DNA of 64,000 bases, from the NCBI RefSeq assembly GCF_011745625.1, contig NW_027191457.1:1-64000 (forward strand), in the 5' to 3' direction. The notes beneath the pieces are model-generated. The model ran no database searches. It was not told the DNA's origin and was given only the letters and a program-made list of their open reading frames with translations. This stretch comes from Cladosporium halotolerans (taxonomy: Eukaryota). Below, piece after piece: positions 1 to 12,575 of this stretch (within the stretch, counting starts at the first letter, position 1; each line of letters begins with the position of its first letter). The position numbers were made by a program, and so were the translations under genes.

Positions 1-1890
1 CAGGATGCGCGGGCGGGGGGGAGGGTGCATTATACGGTTATGAATAAGGTTGAGGAAGAGGGGGAGGTGGAGAGGTGTTTGGGGGAGGTGAGGGGCGTGT
101 TGGGCCGGGGGGATTGGGGGAGGTGTGTGGGGTTGGGGCTTTGGAGGTATGAGAGGGGTGGTTGGGTGTGGGAGAGGGGGTTTGCGTTTGGGGGTGGGGA
201 GGGGGAGGGAGAAGAGGAGGTGGAGAGAGGGCGGTGATGGAGTTGGGCGTCAAGAGATTCGAAGTTGTGGGAGGGGTCTTTCATGCTGGTGGGAGAGGTG
301 AGGTTCCTGCTTGGCTTGGCTGTTCTTTATGTTCTTGCTCTTGGTACGTCGGATAGGTACATTGATGCAAGAGCGTTGGCCTCGTTTCAGTTGTGCTGCA
401 GCGGGAACGTGAATGGAGAGCTTCAGTGTCGATCGCGTTGATCCAGCGTCACGACGTGAAGCCTGCAGAATTGATCAGTCGCAAAATGTGTTATTGATCA
501 ATAAACCTTAGAAATTGGATGTGTTAGGGAATATGTTGTGCGCGGACAGGGCTCCTGCAGGCAACTCTGTCGAAATGCAAGTGGCTGATCAGCAGTTTCA
601 GCTCTCGGATAGTGCACCTTGGCTTCGGGTCGTGGACATCACTTGACGAGCTCAATGAGTGGTTTTAATACAACATTGTCGCTGAAAATAGGGAACGTCG
701 GACGAAAATGTGAATGAACATGGGAAGACTATCACAAAAGGCGGGATCCCAAGGTGAGGATTCACGACGAGCAACTCGTGTCGCCGGTGGGTACGACAGG
801 TAACATGAAGTATTACAGAGAACACCACAGTCTGCTGACCGAAATGCATGCCTCAATCGGCCATAGTGCAATTTGTTCCCGCCCGGCGTGAATGCGCTTA
901 TCCGTGTCGTTTGATGTATACCCCGCCTTGGGATGGTGAACGGCTGAAATCACCCGGCTATAGATGATGACTTTGCAATATCTATCGATCACGAAGAAAG
1001 ACCGGAGCTGTGTCATAACACGTCGATGGTATCATCCGAAGCGCAAGCACCGTTCAAGGGGTATTCGACAAGCGGAGCTTTGTGTTGGAAGGCAAAGTTC
1101 GTGATCGCACATCCGCATTTCTGATGCCTGAATGATCGGCGACACGTGCCCTAGCTATATATTAAGTTCGTACGTGATAAACCCTGTACATATCATGGGC
1201 ACCGGCTGAAAGCACTCCGGATCTGCCTGGGTTACCCCTGACAAGAGCAGGCTGGACGACAGCACCGGAGCGCGTGAGGTCGAGGCAAGAACCAGAGCGC
1301 TGGCAGGCTTCGTTTAGCGGACGATCACGAGCGGGTGGTGCACGGCGGCCGGAGCGTGTCGAAAGATGTGCTATCGCCAACGGTCGGTGGAGAAGCCGGG
1401 AAGGTCGAAATTTCGGCTCCTCGCTGGCAGATATGTAGGTACCTTATGCCTGCCTGCCCGACCACAAGGGTATGGTTGGCGGATAGAGGCGTGGGTCGGA
1501 TTACACTTTGGTTCCTGTGTCAGGGATGACGGGCGAGGCGCCGGCCGGCGGAAGGCTGAGGCAAGCGTGGCCGCGTGAAGGAAGTCAAGCGCCACGCTTC
1601 GGAGGTCGGCATTGGCTGCGGCCTGCAATCATGCCATGAATCAAACGGTGGGATGGAGACTCTACAGTAGTGTTAGGGCTGGACGGGCAGGAGGCAGGCC
1701 GTTCTCGCGTCCTCGGTACTACCGTATAGCAGCGACACGGCGTCTACGCGCTCCGTGGGCACTTTGACAGCCAACACATGGCAGGGTCCGCCCGCGGGCA
1801 GGATTCACCTCAAGGATGTCCCCACGCGGATCCGCACGCCACAGCGTGATGTGCGGCATATCACCGCGGCCGATATGTCGATATGGGCAG

Positions 1891-1950
1891 CGCGAGGCCA
1901 GGCAGGCGGCAGATCGTCCGCGCGAGGACAGGCAGGCGGCAGATCATCAC
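1891..1950. repeat. 30-bp imperfect tandem duplication
   Basis: cgcgaggccaggcaggcggcagatcgtccg is followed directly by cgcgaggacaggcaggcggcagatcatcac. Confidence 0.85.
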
Positions 1951-2329
1951 CCACGCGCGCGCCGGGCAGAGGCTCGGGAGCAGGTCCGAGGCAACAATAG
2001 CTGGCGCTGCTAACGCTGTGCCTCTTCGCTTGCCAGAGAGGGGGACTGATTGCCAACCTAACCTTCCCCATGTCCACCAGGGCTACGCGCGCTACCGCCA
2101 CGGCTGGCTGCCGGAAGGCGTTCGCGCTTGCGCACCCCTGCCCACGCCACGCTCGCCCCGGCCAGGGCCCGCGCATGCCGCCGCACGCTACCCTCGCATC
2201 TCCCCTTACCACCAACGCTCCGCGCGACCAGCGCCCGCCGATTAATATCGGCGCCGTGGCAGCTGCCTGTCGAGTGCCGACTGAAAACCCTCGCCGTCGC
2301 CCGCGCGCGTTGCCATTGATCCGCCGCGC

Positions 2330-2356
2330 TCTGCCTGCCTGCCTGCCTGCCTGCCT
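2330..2356. repeat. (CTGC)n microsatellite
   Basis: About 6 tandem ctgc units upstream of the 2539 ORF. Confidence 0.8.
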
Positions 2357-2538
2357 CTCGCTGCCTCCTCTGCCTCGGGCCAGCGTAGCCGGCCTGCGCA
2401 GCGGATGCCACCACTCCCACGCCCACCCGCCCGGCCAGAACGAGCAGACGAGCGAGCCCGCGAGTCACGCCGCACCCGCCATACAATCGCCCTTGAACTT
2501 TCCCACCACGCCCGACCTCCTTTCCGCTCTCGCACGCA

Positions 2539-5500
2539 ATGCGCTTTCGACGCCGAGATGCCGCCCACAAAGGCCCCCCCGCCGGTGCCCTGATCGAAGA
2601 TGTTCCCTTCACCACCAATCTGGATCACGAGTCGCAACTAGGACCGCCCAAATTCGGACACAGCGCTGAGCAACTGGCAAAGGCTGAGCGGGTACTGGGA
2701 ATCCCACATCGTCGCACCAGCCTCGCTCCTCCAGCGCCATACGAGCCTAAACAGCGTGTTGGCCGAACCGCTGTTTCAGACCAGGACGCCTTGGGCGGGA
2801 AGGAGTGGAGCCCGTCCGAAGCGCAAGATCAGCAGCCTATGGATACAGCGCGGAGCGCAAACGGTGGATTGAAGCCGTGGCCGACCCTGCAGAACAAGAG
2901 CAGCCATGCCCCAATGCACGACACGATGCCCACGAACGCCGGGAGGGCCCCGCGAGCACGCACTACGTCAAACAACTCGTCTCAGCCTCACGTGCCCCAC
3001 AAGCCTTCCAACTCTACTCTCCGCTCGCATTACGACGTCTCTCAGCCACCATCTGAATCTCTCCATGACATGGGATTTCGCAAAGGCTCGTTCAGCGCTC
3101 CCACGAGCAGGAACGGAGTTGATACCGATGGACGGCCTCTGAAGTCTGCCCTCAAGTACCAATTGCAACAGCCGGACGTCATGGAAAAACCAGCAAGCAA
3201 GAAGGAAGGTTCGCGATTTCGCGGATTTGGACACTTCCTGCCTAGGCAGAATTCATCGAATCGCACCATGCTCCAGCCCTCGCAGCAGTCACACTATGGC
3301 TCGACGTTATCGGTCGATTCTCCCTCTGCTAGTAGGTCACCCTCGTATAGTCACAGTGAGACTGTACGATCGCCGCCGCCTGAATCTTTGAACTCAGAAT
3401 CTACAGCACGACCGAAAGTCTTTGAGAGCGACGTCTTCGACTCCGCCAAAGTTCACGTCCACCGCCCACCGAAAGGAATTCAGAACTGGTTCGATGGTGT
3501 CGATGTGAGCTCCGATGAAGAGCAAGGCACAGGTGAGGCATTGCCCTCGACGTTCAGCCCATACGAGGACAAGCGACACCAGATACCACCGAGAAATCCA
3601 CCTACGCAAAGTGGCAGAACGCAAGACATACCCACCAAGACAAAAGCTCCTCCTCATAAGAATCCCAGAGTCAGCCAACAGCCCAGTCGACCTATCCAGA
3701 CTCGTCAACGCAATGTATCGGACGTCTTTGTGGAAGAGAATGCGCAGGCAATTGGCGTTGCACGTCAACGAATGCAAGCTATGCAGGTTGAACGCCAGCA
3801 ACAAGGTGCGCAGCGGAAGCGGCAGAACAGCAACGAGTCTTTCACGCCGAGCTCCTGGTCACATGGTCCAAGCTTGATATCAGGCGGTCTCAGTGCGCGA
3901 TCGGACTACGGCAGCACGAAGCACGGCACAGACACTAGACTTGCCCACTCGCAACGCGCGAACGAGAGTGTCCTGAATTTGTCTGACCCCTCAGACGATG
4001 AACGACGACCAGGCCAGATCCGCGACAGCGTGGGCGGTGCTAGCCAATACGCCGCAGACGTCGCCCAAGCATCTCCAGTCAGCGTATCACGTCCTTCGAC
4101 GGCTCCTAGACCATATACCAGCAGGCGATCAAAGACTAGAGAATCAACGATGACGACGCAGACTTCGGGCAGCATTCCCATCCACTGGAGCAATGATGAG
4201 GTAGAGCCTATGCCTGCTCTGCCCAGACGTAAAACTGAGGACAGCACGATCGATCACACGTCGGAAGCCCTGCGCAAGCTGATTGGCCGCGATCCGAGTG
4301 TCAAATACCGCCGTCCAAGACCCGCCTCCTCGAAGTACGAATCAGAGAGCAGCGTCGCCGGAGAGACTATTGGCAGTCTGCCGTCCGATATCTCTCGTAT
4401 GATGGCAGTGACGGAAGAGGAAATGGCCCTTCTGGAAATGATGCGACAGAAACGTGCTGCCATGCAAAAGGACAACTCTCCGGAAAGCACTCAGCACTCG
4501 ATGAGCAGGCAAGAAGAAGAGCACCTGGCGGCGCGGCAACGGACCGCGCAGAATGCCGCAAAGAAGCTGTTGAGGGCCAAGGAAGAACGACACAACAGTC
4601 GTCAGGACGACTGGATGCAGGATACTCGATCGGGAAGCTCACGCATTGCCGGTCTCAGCTCGCTCCAGGAAGACGACGTTGACGGTAACCTTGGGATCGA
4701 GCGCTTCCTTGCATCTGACACACCCTTGGACGATGTCTTCCCGTACCCTGAGCCATTGCATGGCAGAGGCGAAGGCGACGCGCCTCGAGAATCTCCCCCA
4801 ACAGAGGGTCTCCTGCTTCCACGGACTTACACACCTCAGCCTGGCAGCCAGAAAAGTCAATCAAAGACGGCCTCGCCCGTGCCACCGTCAACATCGCCAG
4901 GCCCCCGGCCACGGACTGCAAACACGGAAGATCTTGACGGTGATGAGGACGCTCAGTTGGCAGCAGACATGCGCCAGTTTCTCGGTGGCGATGGTCCTTC
5001 AGAGAACTCGGCTTTCCCGATGCCGCCGAAAGCATCCAAAAGAGTCAGTCGGCGTGTTCCTCGCACAAATGGCCTCCTCGCGCCCTCGCTGCCGAGTACC
5101 ACTGAGGAAGATACTATCCCTCCGATACCCTCGCGCAGCCCCAACCGCATGCCGTCTTTCGCAGAAGAGAGTGTGTTGCCCCAGCGACCTCCTATTCAGG
5201 CTCGTCCTGTTCGCCAACGTGCGGATTCGGATGCTCTTCACAATCTGCCTCCCATCGCTCCTCACTACAAACGTCCTGGGATAATACCTGAACCGCCCAC
5301 CCCCAGCGATCGATCAGAGCGGCTTTCGGCCTTCCTGGGCCCGAATTTCGAAGTCGGTTTCGATACTCTCGACCTGCAATTCCCCACTTCCGAGAGCACG
5401 AACACTTCCCAAATCAGCAACACCCGCTACGACAGCCCGTCGATCAGCACCTCGCAAGCCTCACCCTTGACTCCGACCTTCCCCACCCCTCTAGCTTCGA

Positions 5501-5826
5501 TCAACGAGAAACAACGCTCGATCGAGATCGCCAGCAACGACAATGCATCCTTCCACGCCTACGACGGCGCAGACCAGTCCAGCCTGCATTCGCACCGCAA
5601 CTTGAAGCCCGGGAACAAGTCTCAGGCGAGCTCAGACCGCCGCCAGAGCAAGGCCGTCGACATGCTGAGCCCGGCGACGTACAATAGCAGCACGACGCCG
5701 TCGCGCATGAGCAGTGTCGGCTCTTGCCGGTCTGCCAGCGACGACGTGTTGGCCGCTTGGGCTGAGCTGGGCGGCGTGAGCGAGGGGCTCACTACGCGCA
5801 GTCGGTCGCCTATGCACGCGCGGTGA
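2539..5826 (+). CDS. Large, mostly disordered Ser/Pro-rich hypothetical protein (1095 aa)
   Basis: Uninterrupted 3.3-kb ORF with short ordered-looking islands (PPKGIQNWFD, MMAVTEEEMALLEMMRQKRA, DDVLAAWAELGG). No recognised domain. Confidence 0.8.
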   Translation: MRFRRRDAAHKGPPAGALIEDVPFTTNLDHESQLGPPKFGHSAEQLAKAERVLGIPHRRTSLAPPAPYEPKQRVGRTAVSDQDALGGKEWSPSEAQDQQPMDTARSANGGLKPWPTLQNKSSHAPMHDTMPTNAGRAPRARTTSNNSSQPHVPHKPSNSTLRSHYDVSQPPSESLHDMGFRKGSFSAPTSRNGVDTDGRPLKSALKYQLQQPDVMEKPASKKEGSRFRGFGHFLPRQNSSNRTMLQPSQQSHYGSTLSVDSPSASRSPSYSHSETVRSPPPESLNSESTARPKVFESDVFDSAKVHVHRPPKGIQNWFDGVDVSSDEEQGTGEALPSTFSPYEDKRHQIPPRNPPTQSGRTQDIPTKTKAPPHKNPRVSQQPSRPIQTRQRNVSDVFVEENAQAIGVARQRMQAMQVERQQQGAQRKRQNSNESFTPSSWSHGPSLISGGLSARSDYGSTKHGTDTRLAHSQRANESVLNLSDPSDDERRPGQIRDSVGGASQYAADVAQASPVSVSRPSTAPRPYTSRRSKTRESTMTTQTSGSIPIHWSNDEVEPMPALPRRKTEDSTIDHTSEALRKLIGRDPSVKYRRPRPASSKYESESSVAGETIGSLPSDISRMMAVTEEEMALLEMMRQKRAAMQKDNSPESTQHSMSRQEEEHLAARQRTAQNAAKKLLRAKEERHNSRQDDWMQDTRSGSSRIAGLSSLQEDDVDGNLGIERFLASDTPLDDVFPYPEPLHGRGEGDAPRESPPTEGLLLPRTYTPQPGSQKSQSKTASPVPPSTSPGPRPRTANTEDLDGDEDAQLAADMRQFLGGDGPSENSAFPMPPKASKRVSRRVPRTNGLLAPSLPSTTEEDTIPPIPSRSPNRMPSFAEESVLPQRPPIQARPVRQRADSDALHNLPPIAPHYKRPGIIPEPPTPSDRSERLSAFLGPNFEVGFDTLDLQFPTSESTNTSQISNTRYDSPSISTSQASPLTPTFPTPLASINEKQRSIEIASNDNASFHAYDGADQSSLHSHRNLKPGNKSQASSDRRQSKAVDMLSPATYNSSTTPSRMSSVGSCRSASDDVLAAWAELGGVSEGLTTRSRSPMHAR

Positions 5827-6488
5827 AGAGCATGACAACAAGAGCACTGCTCTATCGCGTCTCACTAACCATGACTGGGCGACCGCACGGCCTTCTTTCC
5901 TTTTCATTTTCCCAATCTCCTTGCGTTTCCATCTCCAACTGCAATACCCTCGAACCTGCTATTTCATGATCTACATGTATTACTTTTTCCCTTGCACATC
6001 TACCGGCGGCGGAGGAGGAGGGAGGAGAAGGTCTGGACGGAATGTGGGACTGGAATATCATGTCGGACCGAAAATCTCACGACGGATCTGGACGTGGTCA
6101 TGTTTCGCTTTCTCTCTTGTTTGATTTGCTTCTCATCGCTTGCTGCTCTCAGCACCTTTTGTTTTATCTTTTTCTTCGTTTCCAAGATACCCATTTGAGT
6201 AGTCAGAGCTTATTGGAGATAGAGTATGAGTATCCAGGGGTTTATTCAGCGTTTACTATCTCTCTGGGCCGCAACGTACTGATAAGATCTCTAATCGTGT
6301 TCGATCAGGCGAAACGCGCGAGAACACGACGTTCGCGTGTGTCTCGTCCCAATGACGTCGGGCGGGCCAATGACGTCCGTGCGACCCTACTTCGATGGTC
6401 GAGAACCTCACGTCTTGGGCCATCACTTCTTCCTTGCGGTATCTCTGTACCTTTCTTTGCAATTGGCCAAAATAGGGAGAGGCCAAAC

Positions 6489-7906
6489 ATGTCTCCCATC
6501 CTCCCCTTGCTCGCCGTAGCATTTTCCCACCTGGCTCAGGCATGGCCTTCCCCGCAAGACGGCGCGGCGCAAACGCCTCTTTTGCCACAGGAGCATTCGC
6601 AGGGCTATGTGTTTGATCCTCTGCTTCACTTGCCTGGCATTTCACCGTAAGATCCACTCCACGCTTCGATTGCTCGCAACATCTAACGACTACTTCAAGA
6701 TACTTCGACGCTGTAGGCTTCGGCCTCAGCCACGAGGTCCCGCCCGGCTGCAACGTCACCGCCGCCTCCTACCTGGTGCGCCACGCTTCGATCTACGCCA
6801 ACGACGACGAGTACGAGGAGTACATCAAGCCCCTGCTCTTCGAGATCGAGAAGCACCGCGGCGGTTTCTCTGGCAGCCTGGAGTTCCTCAACAAGTGGAC
6901 GTCGCCGATCCTGGAGGATGCTCTGGAAGACGTCACCCCTGCTGGCAAACGCGATGCCGTGAAAGTCGGCGCCCACCTGCTGCAGCGCTACCCGCATCTT
7001 GTCCCGACTGCCCGACGGATTCTCGCGGACAAGAAGCCCAGGACATACGACACTGCCGTGGCGCTGGCTCAGGCTTTCCCTGACCCCGAGGGGATCGAAA
7101 TAGTAAGGGTTCTGCGAGACGTCAACGGCAGCATGGACGCGCTGGTCCCGCACAAATCCTGCCCTGCCTTCTCCAAAACCCCTGGCAAAAAAGAAATGGA
7201 GGCTTTCATCTCGCATTACGCGCCCTCCGTCTCCGAGCGGCTCTCCCCCGACTCCCCCTTCCCCCTCAAAGACACCCACATCATCGCCCTGCAATCCCTC
7301 TGCGGCTACCAGTCCGCCATCGAAGGCGCGCGCAGCCCGCTCTGCGCCGTCTTCACCGACGCCGAGTGGCTCTCGTACGAATACGCGTGGGACCTGCGCT
7401 ACGCGCACATGGTCGGCCCGCTGAACCCACTATCCCCCTACCTCGGCTTCCCGTGGCTACAAAGCCAGCTCGACCTCCTCGACTCCTCCGCGCCCTCCAC
7501 CCAGTCCGCCACCGGCTGGCCGCAAAACCAAACCTTCTTCCTCTCCTTCACGCACCGCGAAGTGCCCCCCTTCGTCGCGACCGCGCTCGGGATCTTCAAC
7601 TCCAGCTCCCCCGCGCGCGAGGAATTCCCCACCGACCGCGTGAACTGGTCCCGCGCGTGGCGCATGAGCGACCTGATCCCGTTCCTGGGCCACGTGGGGA
7701 TGGAGCGCATGACGTGCAGCGTCCGAGCGGGCGAGGAGGAGCGGGACTACGTGCGGTTCGTGGCGAACCAGGCGCCGAGGCCGCTGCCGGGGTGTCAGGG
7801 GGGCCCGGGGGCGAGCTGTCGGTTCGAGAGGTTTAGGGAGATTGTCGAGGAGGGGGCGAGGGGGTACGGGGACTTTCATGGGGTTTGTGGGGAGAGTCCG
7901 AAGTGA
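6489..7906 (+). CDS. Secreted histidine acid phosphatase (phytase-like, His_Phos_2)
   Basis: Signal peptide MSPILPLLAVAFSHLAQA. Intron 6647-6699 joins ...HLPGISP to YFDAVGF...CNVTAASYLVRHASIYAND. C-terminal FTHRE motif and a Cys-rich CQGGPGASC end. Confidence 0.85.
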
Positions 7907-8380
7907 GGATTTGTGGGGTTGTGTGCATTTTGAGGGTTTTGTTGTATCATAGATTTCTCGGACCAACGCTCTCAGCTCGTAGTGGGAGATAGAAGGACGT
8001 GCAGAGATCACGCTTGCGCAGATGGTTGCAGAAAGCTCGCATACTGGCATTGTGTAATAACAAGCTATGTGTACCATCATGAATACAGCCTTACACTGAT
8101 GACACACGCAGTCGAGTCGACCTTGAAGCAATCCTCTCGTTCCCTGCAATCATTTCTGGAGCATACCGTAGTTCCTCTATTCGGTCAAGTGGCCCGCCCG
8201 CCCAGGCCGATCAGCATCCCCACTTCAGGGCTCAGGAGCGTCGGCTTGCTCCCACATCGCTATCTGCTACAGATAAGGCATCATTCTATCGACTGGGCAA
8301 AACTCCGTCGATCGCTCTGCTACTTGCGATATGCCCGCCTCTCGATCGTCGGACAGCGATCATTTCCAAAACCGCCCGCA

Positions 8381-10694
8381 ATGGCCGACGTGATTAGACC
8401 CGCGAGCCGCAGGCGGGCAGGTCGCAAGACGAAGTTGTGCAGGCCGAGCCTGTCCTATACAGGGTAGGTCTAGCCAACATTCCACGATTTCTATCAGTTG
8501 AAGCTAATCTGCGCGACGAAAGCTGCTGGACGTGCCGCAAGCGCCGCGTCAAATGCGACGAGCGGCCTGTCGCCTGCAAGTGCTGCGAGAACGCCGGGCT
8601 GGCCTGTGGCGGATACGACGTCGAGCTGATCTGGGATGCTGGGGAGCGCGGCGAGGGTAGTGGGACTCGTCGATTTCGGAGGCAGATTAGGCCTGGTAGG
8701 TGTGGTGTTGCAGATGCACGTGTGGCGTTACGTGAAGGGGAAGCTTGCTGACAGACGGAAGATAGCAGTACTTGCCGTTTGATGACGGACGAGGAGATAT
8801 CGCAAACGCTGACGCGCGTGGATAGGTGCGCGAGTAGCTCGGAAGACGTGATTGCCGGTCCCTTTGCGGTGTTCAAGTTTGGGAGTGATGATGATGCAGG
8901 GCGGCTCCGATTGCGAGATGCGGGTAGCAGAAGTGTTGAGTCTCCGTCTCTGCCGGAGCCTTCTGACGACAATCTTGAACAAGATGACTATCAGGATGGC
9001 CAAGCTTCCGAGGATCCGTTCAATTCTTTACCAGGCATGAGCGTAGCGCTTGATGATGGTGACCTTCATCATTCGCAATTAGCTGGAGATTCCTCGGCTC
9101 GGACATCGCGGCCTATATCGCCCCATCCTCAGTCTGACTATACAAAATTACCATTACCACAAGAGACACTAGAATGGCAGCCTGCGTTGGTTAGCCCAAG
9201 AATTTGTGGTGAGACTCCTCTTCAATGAGGGCTGTTTAGTAAGTCAACTAACATAATCTCCAGAGCTCACATCCGAGTCCCAGCACCAGAGCTCTGCAAG
9301 TGGTGTATGTTCTTCATCTTCGTCGTCGTCTTTATTGGAATCTTCGGAGTTCTCGTCATCGATACAAGTCATGAGGCATCGGCCTTCTGTCAGTATACCA
9401 CGTCAGGTACATCATCACCTCTTTGCGCCTGACAACCGAGGATCAACTGCAAATCTTCTCATTAATCACTACGCAAATCACATGGTACATCTGATGCAGC
9501 CTATTACGCATCAATCTAACCCCTTTGAACGGATATACCTCCCGCTTGCCATCAGTGGGTCCTCGGATCTGGGCCAGGAGGCTTCATCAGAGGTGATATC
9601 CTCACCTCGAGTAGCTGTTTGTCATAGCCTCTTGGCAGCAGCAGCAAATAACTTACAGGGCTTGGGAAACGGAGAGGGAACGTTACGGGCGACGGCATGC
9701 TACCACAAACAAAAGGCACTCACAGCACTTCGCCATGCTTTAGCATCCCGGTCGGGTGCCTACAAGGATCTCATGACAGCGATGCTTGCACTTGTGTCCG
9801 TAGACGTACGAACCCTCCCTTCGCTTGTTTAGCAATATATTCGCTGACATGCTGTAGATAATCAACGGTGGTACTCAAGACCACTGGGTCCACCTCGACG
9901 CAGCAATGCGGCTTCAGGCGTCAAGGCACTTTGCCAAAATCATCAGCTCGGAGACACGCCAGCTCAACAGCATATGCACTATGCTCCATTTGTTCGCGCA
10001 AACGGCTCTCCTTGCTCCAGAGCCGAGACCTTGGACGGAGTCCTGTGATGCGTGGAGCACCGCCAATCTCGATAGGCTATCGCCAAGCATTGAATACATC
10101 TACGGCATCTCGACAGCTACTGCAACATCTCTCCTGAAGCTTTACAGACTCACTCAACACCTCTGCTACTACACGTCCCTTGAATATCCGGAATCTCTAT
10201 TGCAGGCTTGCGAGGATCTGGGAGACGAGTTATGTTCCTGGTCGATCGCTTTGGAGGAGTTCTCCGCAATTGGCCGAGAGCAGACCTCGATGCTAAAAGT
10301 TGCTCGCGCTCAAGCGACGGCTTTCCATCACGCAGCTCTCATCTACTACTATCGTTCCATCCAGCAATGCGCTCGTAGAGACCTCCATTCAGAGCAGCTT
10401 GCTGTCCTCGCCGCCATGGACGAGGCAGAGTTGCTCAAAAGATCTTCAGGGGATGATGTTGCCATGCCTGCGCCCATAACTTGGCCCGCTTTCATCGCTT
10501 CATGTGAGGCAGTGGGGGAAGACCGCGTAGGTTGGCGGGAGTGGTGGGCGCGAATTCAGCGATATCGGATGTACAACTATGCAAGACAGCAGGAGATTGT
10601 CCATAAGATATGGGAGGAGACGGACAGATCTAACGCCCCTTCTGACTGGAGAGAAACTCTGGTCAAGCTAGAGATCCGGGTGTTACCGGTATAA
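8381..10694 (+). CDS. Zn(II)2Cys6 transcription factor with Fungal_trans_2-type C-terminal domain (Arg81-like)
   Basis: Intron 8464-8523 yields SYTGCWTCRKRRVKCDERPVACKCCENAGLACGGY. Later exons encode LLINHYANHM...NPFERIYLP and APITWPAFIASCEA. Several introns. Confidence 0.9.
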
Positions 10695-10763
10695 GGGCAC
10701 ATGTCCTAGTCATACTCCAGCACCCTACCAAGTTGCCGAGATCGTAGGGCAAAGTATAAGGCT

Positions 10764-12575
10764 TTACTCAATGACCGACCATAGCTTGCCCCATCCTTTC
10801 CTCGGAACATATGGCAATTCGGCATCTTCGACTTCCTGCAGCCCAGTGTGCATATCGATATCCGCCACATTCAACGTCCACTTGTCATGCCTTGCCCAAA
10901 TTCGGTGGCCAAAGTACACTGCGAAGAAGATGGGAATGCTGACATATGAAGTCAAAAACCCATCAGCCGACCAATTTTGAGGAAAGAAAACCGTGAAGCC
11001 GTTTATCAGGCAAAGCAGAGAGAATGCCATCATTGCGAACCAAGCGCCGTAAGGCTGAAGCCTGCTGTGATAAGGCGATTGCACCTTGTGATAGGCACAC
11101 GCCTTCCTAAAACGAAGAAAGATGATCATGCAGCAAGCCCAGCTGATCATGCCCCAGGCGTTCGTCAAGTTCACAAACCAGGTGAAGACCGTTCCTCCTG
11201 AGTCGCTAACGTTGAGGTACGACAGCAGTGTGAAGACGGAAGAGGCAGCGACTGCGTATACTGGAATGCCAGAGGCGTTGCACTTCTTGAAGACGCGTGG
11301 CGCATTGCCCGCTAGGGCCAGAGAGTACAGTGAGCGGGCGCTCATGTATAAGAAGGAGTTCCCGGACGACCAAGCTGAGAGAAGAATCACCGCGTTGACA
11401 ATGCTGGGGAGGACGTCGATCCCGGCGTTTGCGATTGCGACGACGAACGGGCTGGATCCGGCACCTGCCTCCCCGCTGAGCAGCGACGGCGAGTCGCTGG
11501 GCGCAGTCTGATTCAGTCAGTTGGTGAGGCCTTGTCTTGATCGTTCAGTAAAACTTACGACGCCAATGGCTAAGACCCCCAGAATATAGAAGCATACGAG
11601 TCGGTAGATATATCTCTTTGCAGCTTTCGGGAGGTTTCGACGCGGCGACTCCATCTCTCCGGCCTGTATGTTATTAGCATTAATTACCGACTGACTGTTG
11701 AATGACGTACCGTGAAGATGATAAGCTCGGGTGCAAAGACGAACGGAAAGATGCAGTTGACTAGCGTTGCCCAGAAGGAGATCAACAGGCCAACATCTCC
11801 TTCGCGGATCATGGCGTGCGCGGCTCCAGGCTCGTTCCAATAACGGAATCCCAGGCGGTCTCGCGTAGGGCCACCGCCCCAGAAGAGGATAAACGACAAC
11901 AGCAGAAGGCCGATCATCAGAATGACTTTGGTGCCTGCGAACCAGAACTCAGTCTCGCCATAATATCGAACAGGCAGAAAGTTCAAGCCAACAATCACAA
12001 CAAGCATAATCGTCATCCAGACTGCTATATTGACTGGGTTTGGCCAGTAATCAATGACAAGGCCAGCCGCTGTAATTTCATACGGCACCAAAATCCCCAG
12101 CGCGTACCAGTAAAGCCATCCCAGGGCGAACCCCATCGACCGGGAAACGTATCGGCTCCCGTAGTATGCCATGGAAGCTCCATGCACAGGGAGATAGGTT
12201 GCCACTTCGACGATGGCTGTGACGACGCAAAAGATCAAGAAGGACACGATGATGAATCCAGCCAGGATGAAAGCGGGCCCTCCCAGGGCGAGTGTTCTGC
12301 CAGTGCCCACGAAGAGACTGATACCTCGTTAGAATATCACGCAATAAGTCGGCCGATCAGACTCACCCTGTACCAATCGATCCGCCTAGTGCAATCATCT
12401 GAGCATGACGACTTTTCAACCCTCTCTGGGTAGTCTTGATGCCCGGCTCGTTTAGTTGATGGTCCACGGTAGCGCTCATGACAGAGCCACGCCTGGCAGA
12501 AATCCCATCGCCATCTTTACCAGTCGCTGTGGTCCACTGGTTCTTCTCTTCGTCTACCATCTTGTTGGGATCCAT
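10764..12575 (-). CDS. Amino acid permease (APC/YAT family, PUT4/PrnB-like)
   Basis: Motifs KSRHAQMIALGGSIGTG, YYGETEFWFAGTKV and SSGNSFLYMSARSLYSLA; many TM segments; short introns near 12320-12366, 11665-11710 and 11508-11557. Confidence 0.92.

Noticed and set aside
1..356. Pro-rich and Gly-rich short ORFs on both strands
   Set aside because: Products of a G-rich low-complexity tract. A minus-strand ATG near 30 may begin a gene outside the window, but this cannot be supported.
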